Shown here in pieces: positions 38,808 to 51,447 of a DNA stretch of 64,000 nucleotides (positions within the stretch are counted from its first letter, which is position 1; the number at the start of each line of letters is the position of its first letter). Position numbers and translations under genes: made by a program. Source of the stretch: Ptychomitrium polyphyllum (Eukaryota). A model generated the notes under the pieces. It made no database searches. It was given only the letters and a program-made list of their open reading frames with translations, and was not told the origin of the DNA. The stretch lies in assembly GCA_973851085.1 (NCBI GenBank), contig OZ316776.1:4092001-4156000 (forward strand), in the 5' to 3' direction.

Positions 38808-41148
38808 CTCGCCGACTCCCACACCTCCCTGTCCGAAACGGCCACGCAGGCACTGACGCTCACCGCCAACACAGCTCCCCGGCAGCAATTCCGTATCACA
38901 ATCCCCGCTCCTTCATTCTACCGTCGCCCCTACCGCACATTGCACGCGCAGCCTGTCGCCTTCCCCTCCAGGCCCTCCGGCGCCACGCCCCCACGACCGC
39001 CGGGACGCTCCGACCCCGCACCTCTCCTCGCAGTCGAATGCCTCCCAAAGCCCACAGCATACTACCCTCCTTCGCGGACACCGGACCCCGTCGCACCCCG
39101 GAGCTACATCAGCAACACGAACCCACTCACCTCCAGCCTCACAGGCCGAGCAGTCCAATCCACCAATCCAGCACCACGCCCGAACTCGCGCGTCAGCCTC
39201 AGTGACCTCGAGCCCACAAAGCCCTTCGTCAAAACCGACGTGGAAACGCGAAACGAGAACTCCGAACGAAGGCCCAGCAACCGGGAGGACGGAGCGCGAC
39301 AGAATGCCACACGAGGGTACTCCAGCGCGAGCATGGAGAGAGAAGAGACAGAGGCCGAGGAGACAGGACGATGGCGCCGCGACACCCAAGACGGAGTGCG
39401 AGGGAAACTCTATAAACGACTACGGCGACGGCGACCCTGGCGACGCTGCTTCCCAGGACTTTTCAAATAATGGCGTTCTAACGGCCACTGTGAGCGAGAT
39501 GGTGATGGATGACGATGATGGATTGTGGATGATGGTGGACGGCAGAGGGGCTGCCGACTGCTCGCGTCCAGAACGGTCTCCTTACCTCCCTCCTCATCCT
39601 TCCTGGCCCGAAAGGGGCGCTGCACTCAGGCTGCCGCACTGCCCAGTGCTGCCCGAACCTGCAAGCCCTTCTGCTCCGAACATTTTTGTGTACGTACCAC
39701 GAGAATGAACCTGTTCATCCGTTGATTTGCTTTTCACCCTTAAGGAGAGTCTCCTTCTACAGTTGTCGTCTGAAGCTGAATGTGGACATGAATTTGGGTG
39801 TGGGAGAGGGGTGCCCCTCCTGATGGCGTGAAGCCTGCACACTCGGGAGCAAAAGCACTGAAATTCTCTAACCTACTGGCAAACACCACGAAACCTTGAC
39901 AACCATGACACTCAGCTGGGATGTCTAAGGTTCGCCCAAAAGTGAAACTGTGCGTTGGTGATGGGCAAACCCTAGTGCTGGATATGGGCAATGAAGGTTT
40001 TGCATGTCCGAAACCAACGTCGTATCTGCTTAAGCTCTTGTGATCGAGTGTGGTGAATCTGGGGGAAAGTTCGGTTGAAGGGGTCCATAGACTTCAGTCT
40101 CGTGTATCGCTTTGTATCGTTTCGTGAGTGGAGAGGGCGAAGAGGCCCCTGGTGCTTGGAGCACCTTGCTCGCCGGTGCTCATTGCGGTTTACCAGTTTA
40201 GTAGTGCTGTGGAGGTTTGGGCCATTCCTGTGACCCTCATTATAAACCTGGCGTTGCGGTTAGTTGTTGCAGGATTGTAGTGCAAAAGTGGTTGACATCA
40301 GCCTACCTCTTGGTTCATAGGCTCTAAAGTCGGTTGGAGATGCAGAGTATGGAAGCCTCAAATCTGTTGATGATTTGTTTGTGAAGGGGGGCCGCTGAAA
40401 TGATTGCAACGAATTTGGATTTCGTGGTTTATGGAGTTTGGTTGGAATCAAGTTTTTGGTTCTGGATAGGCATGGTACAATGGTACAACTTTGCTGTTTT
40501 TTGTAGGCTCTGATTTTCGGCAAAACTAGTGTGAAGGACAAACACTAATTCTTTTCTTCGTGTAAAACAAGCTCAAGCACAATTTTGTCAAAGCTTTCTA
40601 AAACCTCTTGTTGTTCAGAAGAGAGATCTGAATCCTGGAACGAGCGTCATGCAAGTTGACATTTCAGAGAGCCTGAATACGCATAAGGAGTGCATGTTAT
40701 ATGACAGTTCAACTAGCCATAACGTTATATACAAGTACGTTACGAATTCAAAAGCATATGTTGAAGCTCCCTGTGGAACTGAGCATTCCTTGTGACAAGA
40801 AGGCTCCAGCAGACTAACTAGCATTGAAATGGATATGTAGCGGGATATATACTTTGCGTTCCATTAAAAGGATTGAATGTACTATCATATTTTACAGGGG
40901 TTTCATGTTTTCAAAACTTGACAGCGCAGCTCCTGCAGGTAGTGAGATCGTCTAGCTCCATCACATGCATCAAAATTTGGCACCACCTAAGCGGAGCTGC
41001 ATGTTTGTCGGCACCTATTAAGCGATTTTTTAAAGTGAGAAGCACTTCACTTTTACCCTTCTGTTCTCCTTTAGACGCTCGATTTAGATTCAAACGAGTT
41101 CACATATGCCAATTAGTACGCCAGATATCTTAATGGCTATCTTTCATG

Positions 41149-43533
41149 TCAAAGAGACCCATGGTTTTCAGAGGTACAGGCGCAGGTCTCTGTCTGATTC
41201 AGGTCCTCCTTGTCTTGGCGGGCCGAGACTCCTTTGATCGGCTTCACGATATGCATTCCTTGACTACCGTCACAGGGAGAAGATGAATATGATGGGGACA
41301 GAGGTCTAGGAGTCTGGCTTCCCACCAGCTCCTTTCCCAGCTTGAGGAGATTGTCTCGTGGAGATTTGCCCTTGTCTACTGCAGACTCCTTTGTAAGTAA
41401 TGGGCGAATATTCAGGTCTGCCCCCAGTCCGAACGTCTCTAAGTCTCCGGAAGGCGGCGTAACAAAGGAGGCGTATTCTGCATAGACCTCACAGGAAGTT
41501 GTTGGCGAGACCTTTGCCTTCTTCACTTTCTGACTGTACTGCATTGTCTCGTCTGGCACAAAGTCAGGACTGCGCACGCCATGGCCAACTTTCGCAGCAG
41601 GTTTCAACCCTCTCTTTGAGCAACTAGGCGTTTGAACCTTCTGTGAGGTCTGGCATTGGGAATAATCCGGATCCTCAAGTTTTGAGCATCTGACAGGTGG
41701 CTTATATATTCCAGGAGTATCAACGCACTTCTTTGGTGAACTAGGACGGGGAGCGTGTCGATGAAAGGAGTTCGCTTCCGTACTCTTACGTTTAAATCCA
41801 GTGGGAGTCTGAATCCAGTCAGCATTCCTACTCCTGCCAGGAGTATTGCCGTAATCACGAGTGTCTTCCTTAGGGCCCCCTGTGACCCGGAAGATGTGGA
41901 CGAGGAGAACATAGTTTTCTTGATCCACAATTTCGAAAATACAAACATCCCCTTCTTCAAGGCGGTGATCCAGGGCAAATCCTCTCCAGCCACCACTGAA
42001 GCCCGACCCAGCTGTCGCCTTATACAGCCACTTTACAGTCCATTTTCGCCCAGCCTTGTTTAGCATTGACACTTCCCTTGTCTCTTTGGGCATATGTGCT
42101 TTTGCGAAGGGTCTGCTGAGTGCCTACATCAACCAAGTAATCTGTCAGAACAATTGAAGTATGCGATTGCATATCCACTTTTGTGCAAATCATTATGCCT
42201 CCTGAAGTTCTGGACATATGTACGGGTAGATGCAGTGTCCAGTGACTTTTTTGACACAAAATGAAATGCATGAATAAATTTACGTTTCAAATGGTTCAAT
42301 TGAATGTTCGGGGACTCACCATCCAAAATCCTCTGTATACGTAGGCTTTGGACATTACCACCACAAGCTTGGGATTGGAGATGGGTAACGCTCTTGCTGC
42401 AATGAGAACTCGGTCTCTCTCTGCTTGACTTACTGGACGCCGCTTGGAAATGACATGCCCACAAAGTATTACATGTGGGGGCAGCAGCGGAAGATAGCTT
42501 CCGTCTGGATCAGGCTCGTCTTGTGATTTTACTTCGCTTGCTATTTCCTTGGACTTGTTTTCCTTTTCCGGTGTGTCACTGTTCCTCAGCTCTGACTCGC
42601 TGGAATGTAACACAGGTGATTCGACATCTGACTTCACAGGCAGCACGACACTATCTGTTCGAATCCTCCTCCTCACCTTCTGTTTCGGTCTCGCCGAAGG
42701 TTTGTTGCGGAAAGGAAGTCGAACAGATGGTCCGCCTTGATCGACTTCCACTCCTTTCGACTGCTGGAGTGTGGGAGGCGAGTTTATTGCATCCGTGGCA
42801 CTTATCTTCTGAGACCCACTCTCGTCGTAAACCTGGAGGTTTAGCACATACACAGAGACCAGGTTAGTAGAACACCTGAAATTAAATTCATATTTCGGAA
42901 ATCACAAGCATTCAAACAGATTGCTCTCAAGCTGACTCGATTGCTTCAGAGTAAGGGGTATTACCACCACTTGGAAATAAGAATCCGCTGTTAGAGTGAA
43001 AGATAGCTGGTCTCCAATCTGTAAGATATGGTCAACCACGAACTTGTGCCACCCATCTCTGAATTCTACACTAAATTTTTCTTTGCCAGGTCCAATCTGG
43101 ACTCTCCACTTCTCGTTGCTTGGTCCCTTCAGAGTGACTGCTTCACCGATTCTTGTGACGAAACTCTTCACGAACGATGCTGGCACTTGCTGGTTAAAAC
43201 AGCAAGGCGTCGAAGCTGGCGGTTAGTACTATGTATTGCAGTTGGTGCCAAACTAAGCAGTAGACGTAGACACCTGTTATTTTGTTGCCAAGTACAATCA
43301 AGAAGCGTAATTACCAGTGCAGACGTGATGCTGAGCTCGGTAATCTTCTTAAGGAATGAAGGGCAGGTGTCGGCGGCGATGTTCTCCTTAGGGCCGGGCT
43401 CAGATGACACGTTCTGCTTTTGAGCAGGGCCAGAGGAGCCGGCAGGAGTGATTTCTTCGTCGGGGTCCTCATCCTCGTCGCCGTGTAGCCTCATACAGTT
43501 TTTTAGACACGCAAAACAAGACTTCTTCTTCAT
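41149..43533 (-). CDS. B3-domain (REM-type) DNA-binding protein with two B3 domains, intact copy
   Basis: Exons 43533-43315, 43189-42965, 42832-42320 and 42123-41149 splice in frame with GT-AG. B3 motifs GWHKFVVDHILQIGDQLSFTL..FQVVVYD and GGWRGFALDHRLEEGDVCIFEI..VHIFR. N-terminal CxxCxxxCxxxH. Confidence 0.88.
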
Positions 43534-45670
43534 GATATCCCTTAGACAACCTTGTGCGTGAACCTCCTCAACTTCGATTATGACCAGACTCTACAAACAA
43601 TCCGTCTTATAATTATCAGGGAACCTCAAAATTAGGACAGCTATAGCCTTGAAACAGAGTGCGCCTTTGACACGATCACATCGCAGTCACGTCTACTTCG
43701 GAATCTCAAGACTTGTCAACAAGGTCATGTAAACACTTATACCTCCTCAATCCAGGAACACTGAGAGCCTCTAGTTCGCCATGGAAATCGAATTACCACT
43801 CTCTCCCTTGATTCAATTTCATACACCCACTCAAACTAATCGCCACAAACAGCACACAGTGCAATCAACAGCAAATCTAAAGTTCGCCGAGCTAATTCCA
43901 ACATCACCGACCTCAAGAAAACAAATGCGCATATGCACACTTAACCAAAACAACCAAGGAAAGCAATCATAACTGCACTCCAGACATTCAAAGTGCGCGT
44001 CCCGCAGCTGCGCACTCAAAAATACAAATACTCAACCCTCTCGGCATCGCCAGCACTCACTCACAACGTCACAAACACGACCTCTGAAAACGCCATACAG
44101 ACTGCGCAGTGCGCTCAATGCATTCAGATCAAGTTCGCCTTCGGATTCACCGCAGGAAAGCAAAGCAGAAAAATTAACACTCATCACGCAGCATCAATAG
44201 TCACCACTCACTCCCAACTGACTTCAAACCACCACACCACAAGCAAACCGCACGCACGCGCCCAAGAACGCTTATGTGCAACAAAGCTCGCTTACCTTCA
44301 AATGATGATCTCCACTCTCACTATCTCTCTCTCTGGCCTGACGCTCTCCAGAGAGACGCAATGCGAGGACGAGAACAGCAATTGTGCTGCGCTTCTACCT
44401 CCAGCCCTTAAAACGACTGATGCGCAAACAGACGAATGCTGCAAAACCATGAACAAAGACTGATCATGCTCAAAAAAAGGGTTTATGGGGTGTGCTAGTA
44501 CCCGAAACCCGTCACTGCACCCCACGTACCGACATTTTTTACCGAGGATGTACACTGAGCTGTTCACAAATCCAAGCCTTTTGCAGACAATGACGGTTTT
44601 ACCAATGGTAATGGTTTTGGGTGTGTTCCTTCTGCAGTTGGCGATCGGGTGAGCAGCTGAAGGTCACTTTCACTTTCTGGGATGGATGAATTCAGAGAAA
44701 CTTCATCCATATTCATCTACTTCATTACTGTCCATCGCGAAGTTGCCTACATAGCGCTGAGGTTACCTGTCTTTTCAGATGAAAGTTTCATGAAAGTGGT
44801 TAGTGATGATGCACGAGATTTGACGGGTAAGTTGAGTGGTTATGCACAATGTGCGTAGTGGCTAATATTAACTTTTTTGGTGGCTTTGGGTTGACGTGGC
44901 TTGACACGTTCTTAGATGAACGGTGGAAAGTCTTAGCGACGAATGTTAGATGATAAAACGGCATGCTGATGCAATACGTAGTTTTGTTTCTTCCCGTGAG
45001 TGGAGTCGTGGGAGACTTACTGTTCTGTGAGCTTCGGGGAAGCGCGCCTATTTTCGCATTTGGGAGAGGGGAGTGGCCGTGTTGTTCCTGGATTGCAAGC
45101 TCACGAGGATGCAACCACTTGAGGACTACTGCGACCTATGCTTTTATTTGCGACCGCGGGACGGCGTTGTGCTTCGATGGCGAATGTACGTGACTTTAGG
45201 TCGTGATGATTTCCTTATTTGGAGTTGTTCTGTGCTCCAGGATTCTGCAAGCGCGCAGGGATGCAATGTCGACAATGAAGCGTCTCTGATGGATTGATTC
45301 TGCGCCTGGTGCGAAGAGTGTAAATGAAGCTAGTTCATGATGTTTCTTGCTCTGTTTGTCTCCAGGATTTTTAGGAGTTTGATCGTCGACATGTGAGTCT
45401 GTTTTTTGAACTTTCTATTGGTGTTTGTGCTTGGTACGTTGCATTCCGTTTTCTTGCTTTTGCGATCCGCCTTTTTGGATATCTTTTTTGCCGTTCGCTG
45501 CGATTGTCTTTTGTGAAGACGTCGAGGTCAGTTTCATATTGTTGTGGCTTTAGAGTATTTGATACGCAGAAGGCACACCTGCTCTGTTCTTGAGAGTTTA
45601 AACTTCGATGGAATTGCTATCCTGCTACTGCATCGCTGACTGCTATGCATGTTCTACGTCCCTCTTGCAG

Positions 45671-47567
45671 ATGGAGGAGAGCTCTGGTGTACAAGAAGGT
45701 TTTAGATGTTGCTCCATGTGTATGCGGCATTGCTTTGAAACTCATGGAGAGTTTGGTCGAAGTGAGGCTGAGGAGTTGTTTTCTGCTCCCACTTTCTTCA
45801 GTCTTATAAAAACCTCACATATTACGGGGTCCAAGCTCATGGTATGCATTTTACTTGCTGCCTTTTTTACAGTTATCGGGTCCCTGACTTTGCTCCAAGA
45901 TTCTTATGTCACGTGTTAGTGTGATAAGTTATATTTTAAATAGACATGGTTGTATTTATGCAGAGAATTCCAGTGTTGTTCTTGGAGAAGCAGAATTACA
46001 ATATTGGAAGCGAGGTGAACTTAAGAGGACCATCGGGATTCAAATGTGCAGTCACAGCACAACGGCATGACCATGGTTACTTGTTGCAGACAGGTTTTGA
46101 TTTGTTTCTTAAACACCATACGATTGAAGCTGGAGATGCACTTGTTTTTTACCTGATAGCTGAGTCATCTTTTTTAGTCAAGGTGTATGATAGATGTGGA
46201 AGTGAAAAAGTTTTTTCAACGAAGAATATTTCAACGGATGCTGAACCGGTTCTTGTGTCTAAGACGTCGCGCAAATTAGATTCGAAGTATAAATGTAGAT
46301 CAAAGGCATCGCTACATGAGGAGGACACAGAGGATAGTGATGGTGAAGGAAGTGGTGAAAAGGCTGTAGATCGGATGCTCGAGTTTCGACAGAAGAAACT
46401 CCACAAGAACGTATGTCTGAACGAGCTCATTGTCAATGTCTGCAACTGCTCAATCTGATGCTCAATCCGATGATGTATTTTATTAGATGCTGGTTTTAGT
46501 GTTTTTCAGACCAGGTTTCTGTTGGAAGATGTGGAGTTCATTGCAAGAAACGGTATATTACAGACTTATGCAGTCATTTTGTCAGTTTTAATAATCGTTG
46601 GTTGTTTGACGTTGTTGAGCAGGCGCAGCCAAAGAATTTTGTAGATGAAGCTCCTGTGAGTAAAAACCTCGACGCTGATGACGTTGGTGATGTGAAGCAA
46701 CTTGTGTCCTCGAGAAAACAACGCTCAACTCAGAAAAGGAAATTGTCAGGTATTGGAAGTGATAGTGATGTCTAGGTACACTAGGAGAGATCCTTGATGT
46801 CAAAACGTTGTTTTTTTGTGCCAAGTACACGTATATGATGAGCTTGCAACTAAGTTTCTTGTCCATTGAACATTCTTCTTGCATTTGAATGTGTTTGCAG
46901 CAACGTCAAACGCATACTATAGTGAAGTGAATGAAAACAAACTTGATAAATCCAGCGAGTTTGGAAGAAAATATGCAAAAATGCGTCAATGGAATGCGAC
47001 AAGTGCCTTGCTACGGAAGCTCAATAATCCTTCTCAATTAGTCGTGATGAAGCACTCACATATTGTACAACACCGAGTTGTAAGTGCTTCACTGGTTATT
47101 CTTTTAATTGTGCTCGTGTACGCTCCAATTATCAAGTACTATGTAAATATTCTTCAAAATGTTATTGAATCACGTAACCTGATCTTGTTTTGCAGTACCT
47201 CAGTCAACTTCCGTTGTCAGATGCTTCTACACACTTGACTGTGATGGACGAAGATGGCGAGCAATATAACGTCAAATGGTATGTTCCACCAGAAGGTTCA
47301 AGATCAAGGTTGAGTACTGGTTGGAATCAGATTGTCATCGACCACAAGCTTCGTGTCGACGACATTTGCGTATTTGAGGTTAATGGTTCTTTTCTGATTA
47401 CAGTACATATTTTCCGCTTAGCTGACTACAACCCGACCACTGAGAACCAACAGCAAGAACAGGAAGACAAAAATGATTTGCAACCCAGTGCTCTTGCACA
47501 ATTGACGAGTGAAGAACCAGGCGGTCTCGGATTACAAGAGGATACTGCATTTGCTGGATTCTGTTAA
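45671..47567 (+). CDS. Second, divergent B3/REM-domain gene (3' structure uncertain; may extend to 48075 or be decaying)
   Basis: Exon 45671-45841 (CSMCMRHCFETH...PTFFSLI), exon from 45964 (GFDLFLKHHTIEAGDALVFYL..FLVKVYD) and exon near 47197-47567 (LSTGWNQIVIDHKLRVDDICVFEV..VHIFR). Confidence 0.75.
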
Positions 47568-48635
47568 CTACATTATGTAGTGATAAAGGACCAGACCCTG
47601 ATAGTAAGCAACAAGATGCTTCAGGTGCATCTGCCAGATTCTTGCGCCTGTTATTACTGTAAAATGATGCCGTGAATGACCTCTTATGGATGTGGAGCTT
47701 TCCACTGATGTTTAACTTCAGATCCATCTTTACGTTAGAGCCCGTCTCAACATGGATTTGATGCCTCAAGGACGCGTGGGGATTTCCTCCTCTGTACTAA
47801 TCACCCTGCTTTTGAAGATGTCCTTTCAACTGGAATTTTATCGAGACAGATTGAGCCTTGAAAGTGCCACTGTGAAGCACTTTGAAGGGAAAATTAAATG
47901 GTACCTCACAGGAGTGTTTGCCTATAAAGACTGGTGGATAATGGTAGAGGTGATTGCCCCATCTTGCTGGGAAGTAGAAAAAGATCCATGTATCGTACAA
48001 GAACAATTTTGGTGTAGAACTGCAACGTGTTTTTTAGATGAACAAGAATTAGTTTTAGATTCTCTTCGAGTATGAAATCATAGCATTCAAAGTTTGTTCC
48101 AGGAAGACCGTCGTATGGTTGGTCTACATTAATGCAAGTGGTTTTCTTGCATCAATTGTATATAGATGAGAAATTAGAGTTCAACATGAGAGGATTAGTG
48201 CTTTCGGTTTCTGAGGTTGTTTGAGTCGGGGATAGAGAATTGGCTGATACCTATAGACATATGCTTTGCTCTTAGCATTTTAGGGCGTCAACTCTCAACT
48301 CTCTATAACAGATCTTTCGCGTAGGAGTTCAAAGCACTTAGACCCATGGTTTAAAGAGCAAGGGGAAGATTGATGATTGGAAATTGGATGCCTCGCTTTT
48401 GAATGCTGGAGCTTTCTTCCACTGCGTTAGGCTTTATTTTTTCCTACGGATTGTGGCGTGTCTTCCAGTTGTAAAGCTCTGAGACAGACAGTTTATGTGT
48501 TCTTGCGGTTATTGAATGGTTGCCGGAGCTAGATCGTGGTACCTGATTGTTATTTTCAAGCAATTTTTGTGGCTTCGGCAACCCCCTACTAACGTCCGAG
48601 CCCTGAATTTTTACAGCTCGACGATTGGAGGATGA

Positions 48636-49175
48636 TGCTTCAAGTTCTTGTATGGCACCCCGCCTTTCGAAGCGAAGAAGCACTCCGACACGTACAAGCG
48701 GTAATTCACCTTCGTGCCTCGTTCTTGGATTTGGATGTGTCGAGCTGGTGAGCAGAGACTCGGAACCGAGCGTTGATGAGAGTGGAACGAAAGAGGGAGG
48801 AAGGGCTTTGGCTCTGGGCTTGGAGACGAGGGCATTCTGAGATGTGTTCCGGGCATGACGTGCCTCACATGATGACATCCGAAAGGAGGGGGGTTTCTAA
48901 CAGCGGCATGTTGTGTCGTGCAGCATCGTTCGCGTGGACCTGAGATTTCCATCCAAGCCCGTCATTTCGTCAGCCGCCCGAGATCTGATCTGTCAGGTAA
49001 GGGGAGTCGGCGAGGTGTGGCATGTATGTTGATCGCGTCTTGGCGTCGCTCCGAGGCCGACGCTTCTTTTACCAACAGCGTGTTTACGTTGCACGTTTGC
49101 AGAGCGGCGGTTCCTCTAAGTTTGCAGTGCACTGGTGCTCATGTGTGCAGCTCTTGGTAAAGGACTCTACCCATC
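48636..49175 (+). pseudogene. Aurora kinase gene fragment (end of exon 7 to start of exon 9, introns included)
   Basis: 48643-49044 is identical to 14857-15258. 49045-49175 is a diverged homologue of about 15259-15377. Confidence 0.92.
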
Positions 49176-49289
49176 TCTAGATGCAGACTCCAAGAACTTT
49201 TGACTCTTTGGCTCTCAACGTTGCAAAATTTCCAAGCTGAGTAAGACCCAAGACGTTCAAACATTGCCGATTGAAAGCTCGTTGCAGCT

Positions 49290-50442
49290 TTTAAATATGG
49301 TAAGGGATTAGTGGGGGAAGATAGCGTGGGGTTGTATACTGTGTCGCGTGATGGGGCTCTGTTTGAGTGGCAGTATGTGGCGAAGGAGAATGTGAGTATT
49401 GAAGTTGGAAACGACGAGGTGGGGAAGGAGAAGATGAAAAGAAGTGCGAACCTCACGATTAGGAAATAGGAGTTGGTTGAGAGGAGATTCTTCAAGCAGA
49501 CTGCGAAGTTGACGACATATGGTTATTACCCTGGGCTGCGGATCATCATGTTGGGTTTTCCAACTGGGATGTTCGCGATATGCCAGCTTCTGGATTTCAC
49601 ATGCTATCATCTCTTGTCCATTTCGAGCAAGAAGATATCTTCTGCAGCGTTCAATGCGTCAGAGAATTGAACTGCGTTGGGGTGTGCAATTTTAGGCCAG
49701 CTGCTTATGTAGGAGTAACAAACTGAGTCGCAGATTTTGAAGCAGCAAAGGCTTTACTTTGGTGTGAACAGTATGGCGTTCTCTCCCGACTTGCAATATC
49801 TTGCCAGTGGAGCGGATGATAATGAGCTGAAGCTTTGGAATGTAGCGTCAGGGTCCTGCGTCGTGACTTTTACTGAGCATACGTGGTGATGAGTGCCTCT
49901 CTGGATGAGACTGTCCAATCTTTCGACATGGTGCGCTACCGGGATTTTAGGACATTTACAACACCTACACTGACGCAGTTTATCTCACCAGCAGCGGATC
50001 GGAGTGGCGAGATTCTTCGTGCCGGGACTGTCGATGGTTCTCAGATATCTGTTTGGTCGGTGAAATCGGAAGGGCTGTTAGATGTGCTGAGCAGACATGA
50101 AGGCCCGGTTTACAGTTTGTCTTTCTGTCCTACTTCGGAAATGCTAGCATCGTCATCCTGGGATAAGGCATTGAAGCTCTGAGACGTATTTGAAGGAAAA
50201 GGAAATGTCGAAACCTTTACCTACACCCATGACGTACTTACGGTTGTTGGCCGTCCAGATAGTAAACAGATTGCCTGCAGTACTCTTGATGGTCACGTTC
50301 ACTTTTGGGATCCTCTTGAGGGTGTTGAAGTGTCCAGCAGTGATGGCAGAAGAGACAACAGAGGTGGTCGACTGATGGGCGATCGTAGAACCGCGTAGGA
50401 TTATAGTGTCGGAAATGTCTTTACTAGTTTGAGCTATCAAGG

Positions 50443-50445
<3 letters not shown>
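49290..50445 (+). pseudogene. PWP2: PWP2/UTP1 WD40-repeat ribosome-biogenesis protein pseudogene fragment
   Basis: YTVSRDGALFEW; HLLSIS..ISSAAFN; LGQLL..ILKQQ; FSPD..LASGADDN.LKLWNVASG.C.VTFTEH; SASLD.TV..FDM.RYR.FRTFT; HEGPV..LASSSWDK. Multiple stops and frameshifts. Confidence 0.88.

Positions 50446-50485
<40 letters not shown>
50446..50485 (+). repeat. (TG)20 microsatellite
   Basis: Read directly. It coincides with the end of PWP2 homology. Confidence 0.97.
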
Positions 50486-50486
<1 letters not shown>

Positions 50487-51447
50487 CGGCTCCATTTATT
50501 CACTTATTCACACTAATCTCAGTTGACGTGACCAGAAGATCAGAGTAATCTATTAACCCACAACCACGCATGGAGCAATACACTTCCCCAAATTCTCTGT
50601 AGAAACAGATTGCATAAATTGCTATAATTTGATGCATGATATAGTATATTCCAATCAACAACTGCATTGAACTTCTATTGAAGCTCATAGCAAGAAGAAT
50701 ACGTGTTAACAACCAAGCTACACGAAACCAGCAAGCCATAGGCACAATAGGGCAGTAACAAGCGACCACATGAACCCAGGTAATAGCAGTGTCAAAAGCA
50801 GTGGTGACCTTAAGACCTAAGATGAGCATTGCAAGAAAGGTCCGAGCCTTGCTACAAGAGGTGAAGTAGTTATCCAAAGCCAGATCGTCATACCAATACA
50901 TCTTCCCCTTGTGTAAAAACCTAAGTAAAAGGTCTATGAAAGGATAACTAACTAGAAGCCTCACACAAGAGCAAGCCTAGGGCTGCATCAAGTGGAGATG
51001 AATCGTGAGTCTGAATAACTTCATAAAACTTCCAGTTCAAAGTAGAAAAAATGTCTAAATCCTCTGTTTTATCAATGGTAGATAATGAAAACAATAAAAC
51101 TGCACTAATCTGCCGATATAGCTATCCACCATCCACTGCACAACCCTAAGTTCGCAAATAGCAAAACCATAGAGATGCAATCACGCTGCCGGAGGAATGA
51201 CATTACAGAAAAACATCGGCTGATAAATATAAATATAATAAAAAAAAGGATCACTAAATTTACACTTAGCACTATTAAGAGCTGCAAGAAGTTAACAATA
51301 TTGTTTTAACACAAGATAGTGAAAGGACGCAGATAACCGAGACACAAAACGACTGCATTTCTCTCTTATGCAGGCTGGGGATTAGAGAAAAGAATCTGTC
51401 TAAACTCAAGGTGCTTCAACTGAGATGATCTATAACCTTCTGCTGCA

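Larger units (their letters stand above)
30150..43170 (-). repeat. Right arm of the large inverted duplication
   Basis: Reverse complement of 8751-21771 (coordinate sum 51921). Confidence 0.98.

Noticed and set aside
47752..48075. Separate 107-aa gene downstream of the second B3 gene
   Set aside because: Cannot be assigned from sequence alone. It may be a terminal exon of the B3 gene, so it is not called independently.
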